Shown: piece by piece, positions 55,346 through 63,440 of the stretch
How positions within the stretch are numbered: position 1 is the first letter of the stretch
How the letters are laid out: each line of letters starts with the position of its first letter
Assembly (NCBI GenBank): GCA_965652975.1
Contig: CBFGYO010000001.1
Coordinates: 1 to 63,440, forward strand
Length of the DNA: 63,440 nt
Source of the DNA: an uncultured Chitinophagaceae bacterium
GTDB lineage: Bacteria > Bacteroidota > Bacteroidia > Chitinophagales > Chitinophagaceae
Reading direction: 5' to 3'
Position numbers and translations under genes: made by a program
The notes under the pieces: generated by a model
The model's database searches: none
Told to the model about the DNA's origin: nothing
What the model saw: only the letters and a program-made list of their open reading frames with translations

Positions 55346-56749
55346 TCATTCCTTTTCGATAGTAAAATAATGTTCCCGGGTTATTCCCAGTTTTTTTATT
55401 TTCGAATTAAGAGTTGATGTGTGAATATTCAATAATTCTGCCGCACCACCTTCCCCGGAAATCTTTCCATTGCAGCTCCTCAAAGCCGAAATAATGTGAT
55501 CTCTTTCATTTTCCTCTATAGTTTTAATCGACTCCTTCGATCCATGAGAATTTGTTATAGTTTTCTTTTGATCGGGAAGTATAATATCTGTAATACTAGT
55601 GGTAGTTGTGAGAAGAACTGAACGCTCAATTATATTTTCTAGTTCCCTGATATTTCCGGGCCAGTCATAGAGCAATAATTTTTTTACTGCTTCCAGGCTT
55701 ATATCATTAATCGGCTTACCTATTTTTTTTGCATACAGGTGTGTGAAATGCATAGCGAGTAATGGGATGTCTTCCTTACGCTCTCTTAATGCCGGCAGTG
55801 TGATCGGAAATACATTTAGACGATAATAAAGATCCATCCTAAAACGACCTTCCGATATTTCCTTTTCCAGGTTCCTGTTTGTAGCAGTTATGATTCGAAC
55901 ATCAACTTTTACTGTGTCCCTCCCACCAATTCGTTCAATTTCCTTCTCTTGTAATACTCGCAACAGTTTTACCTGTATTTCAGTTGGCACTTCTCCTATC
56001 TCATCCAGGAATATTGTTCCTCCATCTGCCTGTTCAAATTTCCCGATTCTTCGTTCTACTGCTCCTGTAAATGATCCACGTTCATGACCAAATAATTCCG
56101 ACTCAATTAATGTAAGCGGCAACGCTGCACAATTTACTTTTATAAAGGGTTTTGATTTTTTGGGAGAAAGGTTGTGAATGCACTCTGCAATTTTTTCCTT
56201 TCCTGTACCGCTTTCACCTAGCAGTAATACAGATGTTTCGGCCCTTGCAACCATCAATACGGCATCTAAAACGGATTGTAGTGGTTTGCTATTTCCGATT
56301 ATACCTTTGAATTCAGGAACAGTTGAACGGTCGGCTGTTTGTTTAACAACGTCGTTCTGTATTTTTTTTGATGCCAGGTATTCCTCATGCAGGTACCACG
56401 CAATATCAAGAGTTACCAATATGTCTCTTTCCCGGAAAGGTTTTACAAGAAATCCATACGGTCTCGTAACCTTGGCATCGTCAAGTGTTTTTTTATTGGA
56501 ATTGGCAGATAGATATACAAATCCAATATCTTTTTCCCTAAGTTTTCTTGCCAGGTCAATGCCTGTAAGGTTGCCCTGTAAGAAAATATCTAATAACACA
56601 AGATCTGGTTTTTCATTTTCAATAATTTCAAGAGCAACAGGTACAGACCTGGCAATCGAACAAACATTGTATCCCGCTTTTTCCAGTATCATTTGAAGGT
56701 TATTGGCTTCGATAAACTGGTCTTCGACAATTAAAATTTTTTTTCTCAT
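55346..56749 (-). CDS. Sigma-54-dependent response regulator (NtrC family)
   Basis: 467 aa. Receiver (ILIVEDQ…DLVLLDI), AAA+ (GESGTGKE, GAFTGA-type loop ERGSFTGA), C-terminal Fis-type HTH (STLNSKIKKLGI). Confidence 0.92.
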   Translation of the reverse strand: MRKKILIVEDQFIEANNLQMILEKAGYNVCSIARSVPVALEIIENEKPDLVLLDIFLQGNLTGIDLARKLREKDIGFVYLSANSNKKTLDDAKVTRPYGFLVKPFRERDILVTLDIAWYLHEEYLASKKIQNDVVKQTADRSTVPEFKGIIGNSKPLQSVLDAVLMVARAETSVLLLGESGTGKEKIAECIHNLSPKKSKPFIKVNCAALPLTLIESELFGHERGSFTGAVERRIGKFEQADGGTIFLDEIGEVPTEIQVKLLRVLQEKEIERIGGRDTVKVDVRIITATNRNLEKEISEGRFRMDLYYRLNVFPITLPALRERKEDIPLLAMHFTHLYAKKIGKPINDISLEAVKKLLLYDWPGNIRELENIIERSVLLTTTTSITDIILPDQKKTITNSHGSKESIKTIEENERDHIISALRSCNGKISGEGGAAELLNIHTSTLNSKIKKLGITREHYFTIEKE

Positions 56750-58722
56750 GACAATAACTCCGTCTTTTGAAATATTTCTTTTTTCGTTGAGTCTTTAATA
56801 ACAAGGTCTCCTGGAAATTCGACCTTAATCTTCGTTCCATTCATTTGCTCGATAAAAAATTTTCCCTGTATATCCTCACTTAATCCTTTCATGAGCTTAA
56901 GTCCAAGCGAGTTATTCTGGATCTTTTCCCAATTACTAGGAAGTCCGATACCATTATCTTTTACTGAGAGCCCTATCAGGCTATTTTCCATTCTTTTCAT
57001 ATCAATCTGAATCTCACCGTATGCATTTCCTGGAAAGGCATATTTTATCGCATTTGTGATCGATTCATTCAATATCAAACCCACTGGAATTGCCTTTGAG
57101 ATGTCTAAGTGGATGTTTTCGATTTCAGTGCGAAACCTGATACGTTGGTGAATGTCAAAGGAATCTTGTAAATAATCAATCAACTCCGGTAAATAGACGG
57201 CCATATTAATATTGGTTGAGTTGTCCAGTTGATAGAGTTTCTGATGGATCAACGACATGGCATAAACACGGTGCTGACTATTTTGGACTGCTGCTAAAGC
57301 GTCATCTTTGAGATAAGTCGATTGAGTTTCAAGCAAACTCATTACTGTATGCAGGTTGTTCTTAACCCTGTGATGCACCTCTTTTAGTAACCATCCTTTT
57401 TCATCCAACAAGTGTTGAAGGGATCGATTTTTATTGCTGATCTCCTTATTGCTCCGCTGTTTTGCATGATACTGATTGTATAATAAGACTAAAATAATAA
57501 GTAATAATGCTATTCCTGAAAAAGTTACATTCCGCAATATATTAGCCTTTTCAAGTTCCAGGTGACGTTTATTGTTTAATAACGCTAGTTCCTTCACCTT
57601 CGCATTGGATTTACTTAGCTCATATTCAGTTTTTAAAGATTCTATATTCTTCGACATGGTGGAATAATAAAAGCTATCCGCCAGTGTATGTTCCCGCTCT
57701 TTCATTAAAAAAGCCTGCTTGTGATTTCCCTCTGCCAAATACAGGGGAATAATTGCTTTCAGATACCTTGTTTCCTGGTTGTAATTTCCTTTTTCCCGAG
57801 CCAGTAATACAGCCTCGTTTAGATAATAGATTGCCTTCGATGATTCATCTTTCCCATATGTTTTTGCCAGGCCGTGTAGCACCTGTAATTCCCTTAAATA
57901 GTTACCTAAGGTTCGGGATCTCTCGAGCGCTTCTTCCTGAAGTTTAATGGCTTTCTTTTTAAATCCCTGTTTTGAATAAACCGAAGCGAGGTTATTAATC
58001 AATGTGATATTTAATCCCTGGTATTCAATATCAGTACTCATTTTTACACCTTTCTCGAGATAATATTCAGCTTGTCTGTAATTTCCCATTTCCCTGTACA
58101 CTACACCAAGGTGGTTGAAAATATTAAGTGAAGTACTGGAAAAGGGTATGCTATCGTTAATATGTTCTGCCTTTTTTAAATATTCCAGGGCAGTTTTATA
58201 GTTTTTACGATCGAGGTATGCCCAGGAAATACTATAGTTTGCCTCCATTTCGCCATACTTGTCGCGTACTCCCTCAGAAATATTAAGGGCGTCGAGAAAA
58301 TACTTCATAGCATTGTCATACTTTCCATTTCTTAATTCAACAACCCCAATACGAATCGATGCTGAAGCAATATTTTTTGGAGAGTTGTTGTTCTTAAAAA
58401 TTTCAAGAGCTTGCTGATACTTCATTCTTGAACTATCAAACTCCCCCTGGTTATCATCGATCATTCCCATTTGTACTAGTATCAATGCAAGGAAAACACT
58501 ATCTTTTTTCCTCCTGGCAAGCTCAATTCCCTGCTGAGCAAAGTAAATGGCAGAGTCTTGCTTGTAATACCTATAGTATTTGATCAACCGTTCGTAGTCT
58601 GCAATATTTGAGATTCTCTTTTGGTCAATTATTTGAGGAGATTTTATTGCTTTCTGTCCGAACACAAACGAGCATCCCATACTCAGAAAACAGCCTAAAA
58701 TAATTTGATGTGTTATTTTCAT
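56746..58722 (-). CDS. Sensor histidine kinase (TPR + TM + HisKA_2/HATPase), paralogue of 53560-55317
   Basis: 658 aa. H-box EVHHRVKNNLHTV, N-box NAIKYAFP. 4-nt overlap (ATGA) with the RR gene. Confidence 0.85.
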   Translation of the reverse strand: MKITHQIILGCFLSMGCSFVFGQKAIKSPQIIDQKRISNIADYERLIKYYRYYKQDSAIYFAQQGIELARRKKDSVFLALILVQMGMIDDNQGEFDSSRMKYQQALEIFKNNNSPKNIASASIRIGVVELRNGKYDNAMKYFLDALNISEGVRDKYGEMEANYSISWAYLDRKNYKTALEYLKKAEHINDSIPFSSTSLNIFNHLGVVYREMGNYRQAEYYLEKGVKMSTDIEYQGLNITLINNLASVYSKQGFKKKAIKLQEEALERSRTLGNYLRELQVLHGLAKTYGKDESSKAIYYLNEAVLLAREKGNYNQETRYLKAIIPLYLAEGNHKQAFLMKEREHTLADSFYYSTMSKNIESLKTEYELSKSNAKVKELALLNNKRHLELEKANILRNVTFSGIALLLIILVLLYNQYHAKQRSNKEISNKNRSLQHLLDEKGWLLKEVHHRVKNNLHTVMSLLETQSTYLKDDALAAVQNSQHRVYAMSLIHQKLYQLDNSTNINMAVYLPELIDYLQDSFDIHQRIRFRTEIENIHLDISKAIPVGLILNESITNAIKYAFPGNAYGEIQIDMKRMENSLIGLSVKDNGIGLPSNWEKIQNNSLGLKLMKGLSEDIQGKFFIEQMNGTKIKVEFPGDLVIKDSTKKEIFQKTELLS

Positions 58723-58834
58723 AACGCGTTTTTTATCCGAATCAAGTAAAAAGTAAGAAACCCAGGATTTTATGCCATTTCCAAAAGCTGCAATCTGTTG
58801 TATATTTCAATTTACCCGTGGTACGAAATAACCG

Positions 58835-61555
58835 TCACCTGTACATCTTGTTCTTTTTAATTCCCAACTTCTTGATCTTTGAGTTTAGGGTAGATACGCG
58901 AAGACGTAGAATATCGGCAGCGCCCGCGGGTCCATAAATTTTTCCGTTACATTTATTTAAGACCCTGATAATATGATCCCGTTCGTTTTCTTCATGCGAC
59001 TTTAAATACTCATCTTCTAATGCTTTCCTCAACTCCTGTTTGTTGTGTAAGGGCAGATGAACATCTTTAATTGTTTTAGTAGTGGTGGTGAGTAAAGTTC
59101 TTTCCATTAGGTGTTCGAGTTCCCGTACATTGCCCGGCCATTCATATGCTATCAATTGCTTCATGACCTTTTTTGAGACTACTTTGACAGGCTTACCGGT
59201 ATTTTTTGAATACTTATTAATGAAGTGTGATATAAGTAACGGAATATCTTTTTTTCTTTCTCTCAGTGCGGGCATTACAATGGGAAATACATTGAGCCGG
59301 TAAAATAAATCACGACGAAAGTTGCCTTCATCTACTTCTTTTTGAAGATCCCGGTTAGTAGCTGCAATTATCCGGACATCAATTCTGATAGTTGATTTTC
59401 CACCAACTCGTTCGATTTCCCTTTCCTGTATTGCTCTTAATAATTTCACCTGGAGTTCTGGAGGCATTTCTCCAATTTCGTCTAAAAATAGTGTACCATG
59501 ATTTGCCAGTTCGAATTTCCCAATTCGCCTTTCCGTAGCTCCTGTAAAACTGCCCCTTTCATGCCCGAATAATTCGCTTTCTATCAGGTTGGCAGGCATT
59601 GCGGCACAATTGACTTTTACCATCAACTTTTCTCGCCTGGGTGATGAATTGTGTATAGCGCGGGCTACGAGTTCTTTTCCAGTTCCCGTTTCTCCCAGGA
59701 TCAATACAGTGCTATCTGTAAATGAAACCTGTGAAAGCTGATGAAATACTTTTTGTATTTCAGGGCCATTCCCAATAATATCACTATATGAATATCCGCT
59801 GCTTACTTCTTCCTGCAAATATTGTTTTTCTTCTTCAAGTTGTTCTTTATAATTCCTGATTTCTTCCAATTGCTTTGAGATTTTCTCATTCGCAAGTATG
59901 TTTGAAAGTGCAATTGATATTTGAGAACACACACCTTTAAGAAGGTTATTTCTCAGGGCGCTTACAAAATCCGGGTCAATATGAAAGAATAAAACACCGA
60001 GATTAGTTTCACCTACACGAAGTGGTACACCAATGATCAGGGGAATCCCCATTTTCTTCCAAAAAGTTACATAGGCGGGTGTGCCGGATCCTGATGGCAA
60101 ATCGTCAACATATAGAGAAACGGGTTCGTCTGAATTTAATACAGTATCAAATAATCCATCCGTGATGTCAAATTTCTGGGACACAATTTCCTGGAAGTCC
60201 GGGTGATTGCAAATGTTATCTTCCAAATCAAATAAATATGGACTATGCGTTTGCCTATCATCATTTACTAAACCAATAGCAAATCCTGTCATGGCAAATA
60301 GCTCTTTAAGATTGCAACTTACAACCCTGAAAAGATCATCCTTATTCCTTACAGCGGCTATTTCATTACTTAAAGTAAGTAATATCGATTTTTCATTTTC
60401 CCTTACCGAGATCTCGTCGTTTGCTAAAAGATTTGCAACTACGGTACCCAACTGGTTTCCGATACCCTGCACCAGGCTGAGCTGGAGTTCAGTGAAAGAA
60501 AGTCTCCTGCCTGAAAATAAAAACAATGCACCTATTTCCCTATTTCTGTCACGAAGTGATATGCCGACCATTTCAACGGTTCCGTTTTCATAGAGGAATT
60601 TTATATAGGATAATGGGTTATCACGATTTACCAATTCCTGTAAATCAAATACAACAGGTTTCTCCGAATGAAGTGCTACCTCAAAAACGCCATCAGGGAA
60701 ATTGTGATGGGCATCACGCATTTGGGCATAGCCTGGATGATTAGCGCGACTGGACTCCTCGTTTACTAAGAATGCGCTAAAAGTTTGATTGTTCCTGTCG
60801 ACTTTCGCAATAGTTACATCACTATAAAATGAGAGTTCTTCAAATTGTTTTTTTAACAGTGGCAGGAGTTCTATTTTATTTCGGATTGAATTAAGTTCCT
60901 TGCTAACTGATAATAAAATATCTTTTTCTTTTTCCCTTGTTTTTATCTCTTCATTTGCCAGGATATTGATGATGAGAACAGAAACCTGGTCTGCAATTTT
61001 TTCTATGAGCGACATGTGATGTGCAGTAAACGCATTCTTCTGCTGCGACCACAATGTCAGTATTCCTATTAACTCGCCACCATGATATAACGATTTGGAA
61101 AGACTTTCAGCTATCCCGGCCGCTCTTGATATTTTAATGTAACCTGGCGCCATTGACCAATTGCAGATTTCCTCTATATCGAAAACAATTGGTTTTTTCG
61201 CATTGAGTATTGTATCAATAAAACCGTCGTGAATGGGAAAATTCGAGTTCATCCAATTTTCATAACCAGGGTAATCTATTCGATTTTTACCGGCTACTCT
61301 TAAGAAAGGATTTAGTGTATCGTTTTTTTTATCGAGAACACAAATAAATATGTCTTCCGTATTGAAGAGCTTTTTTAATTTGGGATGGATCTTTTTGAGT
61401 ATCTCTTTCTTGTCGCGTATTGAAGCAATATCATTATTTAAAGAAAGCAATGTCTCTTTTTCAGACAACTCTTTTTTTAAGGCATCTATCAATTCATCCC
61501 TTTGAGTTGTACTTTCTAAAGTATCTGACACACCCGTCTTTATCGGCTTTGGCAT
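58835..61555 (-). CDS. Sigma-54-dependent activator with multiple N-terminal GAF-like domains, no receiver
   Basis: 906 aa. ~560-aa N-terminal region with repeated GAF-like modules. AAA+ (GETGTGKE, ERGSFTGA). HTH STLNSKIKKLGI. Confidence 0.9.
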   Translation of the reverse strand: MPKPIKTGVSDTLESTTQRDELIDALKKELSEKETLLSLNNDIASIRDKKEILKKIHPKLKKLFNTEDIFICVLDKKNDTLNPFLRVAGKNRIDYPGYENWMNSNFPIHDGFIDTILNAKKPIVFDIEEICNWSMAPGYIKISRAAGIAESLSKSLYHGGELIGILTLWSQQKNAFTAHHMSLIEKIADQVSVLIINILANEEIKTREKEKDILLSVSKELNSIRNKIELLPLLKKQFEELSFYSDVTIAKVDRNNQTFSAFLVNEESSRANHPGYAQMRDAHHNFPDGVFEVALHSEKPVVFDLQELVNRDNPLSYIKFLYENGTVEMVGISLRDRNREIGALFLFSGRRLSFTELQLSLVQGIGNQLGTVVANLLANDEISVRENEKSILLTLSNEIAAVRNKDDLFRVVSCNLKELFAMTGFAIGLVNDDRQTHSPYLFDLEDNICNHPDFQEIVSQKFDITDGLFDTVLNSDEPVSLYVDDLPSGSGTPAYVTFWKKMGIPLIIGVPLRVGETNLGVLFFHIDPDFVSALRNNLLKGVCSQISIALSNILANEKISKQLEEIRNYKEQLEEEKQYLQEEVSSGYSYSDIIGNGPEIQKVFHQLSQVSFTDSTVLILGETGTGKELVARAIHNSSPRREKLMVKVNCAAMPANLIESELFGHERGSFTGATERRIGKFELANHGTLFLDEIGEMPPELQVKLLRAIQEREIERVGGKSTIRIDVRIIAATNRDLQKEVDEGNFRRDLFYRLNVFPIVMPALRERKKDIPLLISHFINKYSKNTGKPVKVVSKKVMKQLIAYEWPGNVRELEHLMERTLLTTTTKTIKDVHLPLHNKQELRKALEDEYLKSHEENERDHIIRVLNKCNGKIYGPAGAADILRLRVSTLNSKIKKLGIKKNKMYR

Positions 61556-61610
61556 ATTTTAAAGGTAGATAATAATAATGTTGAAATGACATAACAAGCT
61601 TCGTCAATTA

Positions 61611-61637
61611 GCGAAATATCGCAAATAATATTGCGAT
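61611..61637. promoter_or_regulatory. Overlapping palindromes GCGA-AATA-TCGC and ATCGCAA-ATAATA-TTGCGAT (candidate operator)
   Basis: Perfect 7-bp arms at 61618-61624 / 61631-61637, in the divergent region between the GAF-bEBP gene and the AraC gene. Confidence 0.3.
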
Positions 61638-61664
61638 GAACTACAACTAAAGCCCTTATTATCA

Positions 61665-62651
61665 ATGAATTATAATTGTGGCATGGCGCTTGGCTTATTA
61701 CTATCACGAAAACCAACTACTCAACCTTATATCTTAACCATGAATAGTGCTTATAGTTACAAAATATTGGATACTGATTCAGGTCTCAATAGTTACCAGA
61801 TAAGTGAAGAGAACAATGAACTGAGTAAGCGATTTGAAATTCATGCGCTGGAATGGATGGAAACGCAGCTTTCATTAAGTTCCGGGCCGGAAAAATTAAG
61901 CCGGTTTGAAATATTTTGGATAAAAAAGGGTAAAGGAATTCTTTGCGTAGATGAACAGAGTTTTGAGGTATCAGATAACAATATTTATTGCCTTGCTCCC
62001 GGTTCTATCCGAAAATATGATTTTGAAACCAGTATTGAAGGCTATTATATTTCTTTTGCTCCAGAATTCGTTTGGCTTTCTGAAGGCTATGCAAGTCATT
62101 CATCGTGGCTTGTGCGGTATGACGATAGCTTCAAAGCCGCAGCAATCAAAATCGATACTGAAACAGATCATGAACTGGAAGTAGTGGTGAGGAAAATGAA
62201 ATGGGAGTTCAGTAATTATTTTAACCGGAGGCTGGAACTTCTTAAAGGGCTCCTCAATATTTTCTTAATATATTTTTCAAGAAATCTTAAGGAATCAGTT
62301 CGCGACCTAAATCAAAACAAGGAATCTGAACTTGTCAAGAATTTTATGGGTCTGCTCAAGAAAAATTTCATAAATCAAAAGATGGTTAGTGATTATGCGC
62401 GCTTGCTTTATGTAACCCCAAATTATTTGAACCGTACAGTTAAAAAAGTTACTGGATTTACTGCAAGCCATCATATACAACAACAAATCATTCTTGAAGC
62501 GAAGAGAAAAGCAATTTATTCATCCATAAGCATGAAAGAGATTGCATATCAACTTGGGTTCGACAACCTTGCCCATTTCAGCAAGTTCTTTAAAAATAAT
62601 TGTGGAGTGAACTTTACGGATTATAAAAAACAGGCACTCCGGGCTGAGTAA
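61665..62651 (+). CDS. AraC-family transcriptional regulator
   Basis: C-terminal AraC HTH (VSDYARLLYVTPNYLNRTVKK…LGFDNLAHFSKFFK). Alternative ATG at 61740. Confidence 0.85.
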   Translation: MNYNCGMALGLLLSRKPTTQPYILTMNSAYSYKILDTDSGLNSYQISEENNELSKRFEIHALEWMETQLSLSSGPEKLSRFEIFWIKKGKGILCVDEQSFEVSDNNIYCLAPGSIRKYDFETSIEGYYISFAPEFVWLSEGYASHSSWLVRYDDSFKAAAIKIDTETDHELEVVVRKMKWEFSNYFNRRLELLKGLLNIFLIYFSRNLKESVRDLNQNKESELVKNFMGLLKKNFINQKMVSDYARLLYVTPNYLNRTVKKVTGFTASHHIQQQIILEAKRKAIYSSISMKEIAYQLGFDNLAHFSKFFKNNCGVNFTDYKKQALRAE

Positions 62652-62688
62652 CATAAAGATTATTGCTTTCAGTTTATTGCGTGTAGTG

Positions 62689-63411
62689 TTAGCGGTCTTT
62701 GCGCGCAATATTCATTCCTATTACATTTTGTATATCGGGATCGGACTGCAGGTTGTTCATCTGTCTACCAATTGTACGAGCGCGTACCGACACATATGGC
62801 GAGAGCGGCTTTACTTTAAATCGCCTCGGATTGGGGAGGCAGGCCGCAATCATCGCAGCTTCCTGCCGCGAAAGGTTGGCTGCAGGCTTGTTGAAATATT
62901 TATTAGCCGCCATTTCAATTCCAAATATCCCTTCACCCATTTCCGCTACGTTGAGATACACTTCAAGGATTCGCCTTTTTCCCCAGATCTTTTCAATCAT
63001 GAACGTAAAATATGCTTCGAGACCTTTTCGAATAAAACTTTTACCCTGCCATAAGAATACGTTCTTCGCTACCTGCTGACTTATCGTGCTGGCCCCACGT
63101 ATGCGCCCGGGCTTTCGTTTGTTATACACCATCGCCTTCTTTATACTTCGCCAGTCAAAACCACTATGATCGGGAAACAACTGGTCTTCGGAAGCAATCA
63201 CTGCGAGTTTGGCGTTTGTAGCCATCTCATCCTCATCTACATAATCTCTTTTAAGTCCACGACCACTTAACCAACTCACCAACTGCGTGATGGTAACGGG
63301 CGGGTCGATCCATTTAAGCAGGATAATATATACAAACTGGAGAATGAACAACCAGAGCAAAATGCGTTTGGTCCATTTCCACAAAGAAGCCATGAATCCT
63401 TTTTTCTTCAT
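62689..63411 (-). CDS. mtgA: Monofunctional biosynthetic peptidoglycan transglycosylase
   Basis: 240 aa. N-terminal TM. GT51 motifs EDQLFPDHSGFD and GASTISQQVAKN. Confidence 0.9.
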   Translation of the reverse strand: MKKKGFMASLWKWTKRILLWLFILQFVYIILLKWIDPPVTITQLVSWLSGRGLKRDYVDEDEMATNAKLAVIASEDQLFPDHSGFDWRSIKKAMVYNKRKPGRIRGASTISQQVAKNVFLWQGKSFIRKGLEAYFTFMIEKIWGKRRILEVYLNVAEMGEGIFGIEMAANKYFNKPAANLSRQEAAMIAACLPNPRRFKVKPLSPYVSVRARTIGRQMNNLQSDPDIQNVIGMNIARKDR

Positions 63412-63440
63412 GCAGGCAATCCATTTTTATAAAACACAAG

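Noticed and set aside
40331-62660. Classifying the AT-rich block as a mobile element (ICE, prophage or transposon)
   Set aside because: No integrase, transposase, relaxase, phage genes, tRNA attachment site or terminal repeats are visible. I report it only as a compositionally distinct block.

Overview
63.4-kb chromosomal window that looks Bacteroidota-like, probably Chitinophagaceae/Sphingobacteriia-type. This is inferred from the gene families present: a CarboxypepD_reg outer-membrane receptor, periplasmic-TPR HisKA_2 kinases, many lipoproteins, and A-rich leaders without Shine-Dalgarno sites. I call 62 protein-coding genes. I found no rRNA, tRNA, CRISPR, transposase or integrase. Nt 1-40,000: a LytTR two-component pair; a run of small stress/detox families; a purine-to-ureide catabolic set split over two loci (puuD / allB-alc-uraD-uraH plus two unassigned enzymes at 7.5-15 kb, and xdhABC at 27.8-32.5 kb); housekeeping genes (nfu, cmoA, MFS, Na+/H+ antiporter, OmpA); two M23 peptidase paralogues; and a pnuC-nadR NAD-salvage cluster. 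Nt 40,400-62,700: a visibly more AT-rich block of 20 co-oriented minus-strand genes plus one plus-strand AraC gene at its right end. The minus-strand genes encode a battery of mostly exported hydrolases, a small GNAT and an unknown lipoprotein, and a sigma-54 regulatory module (TPR-kinase / NtrC-type RR / TPR-kinase / GAF-bEBP). The most unusual signals are non-coding. First, a ~470-bp mosaic array of GCCCC-loop-GGGGC hairpins runs off the left edge. Second, at least nine long intergenic palindromes (78-183 bp) have arms built from tandem 7-11-nt 'words', a different word per family, and occur only in the higher-GC part. Coding candidates worth follow-up are a malate-synthase/CitE-like enzyme plus a saccharopine-dehydrogenase-like enzyme at the end of the ureide operon, a polytopic-membrane::P-loop NTPase fusion divergent from xdhABC, and the hydrolase/sigma-54 island. 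All functional calls come from motif recognition by eye; no searches were run.
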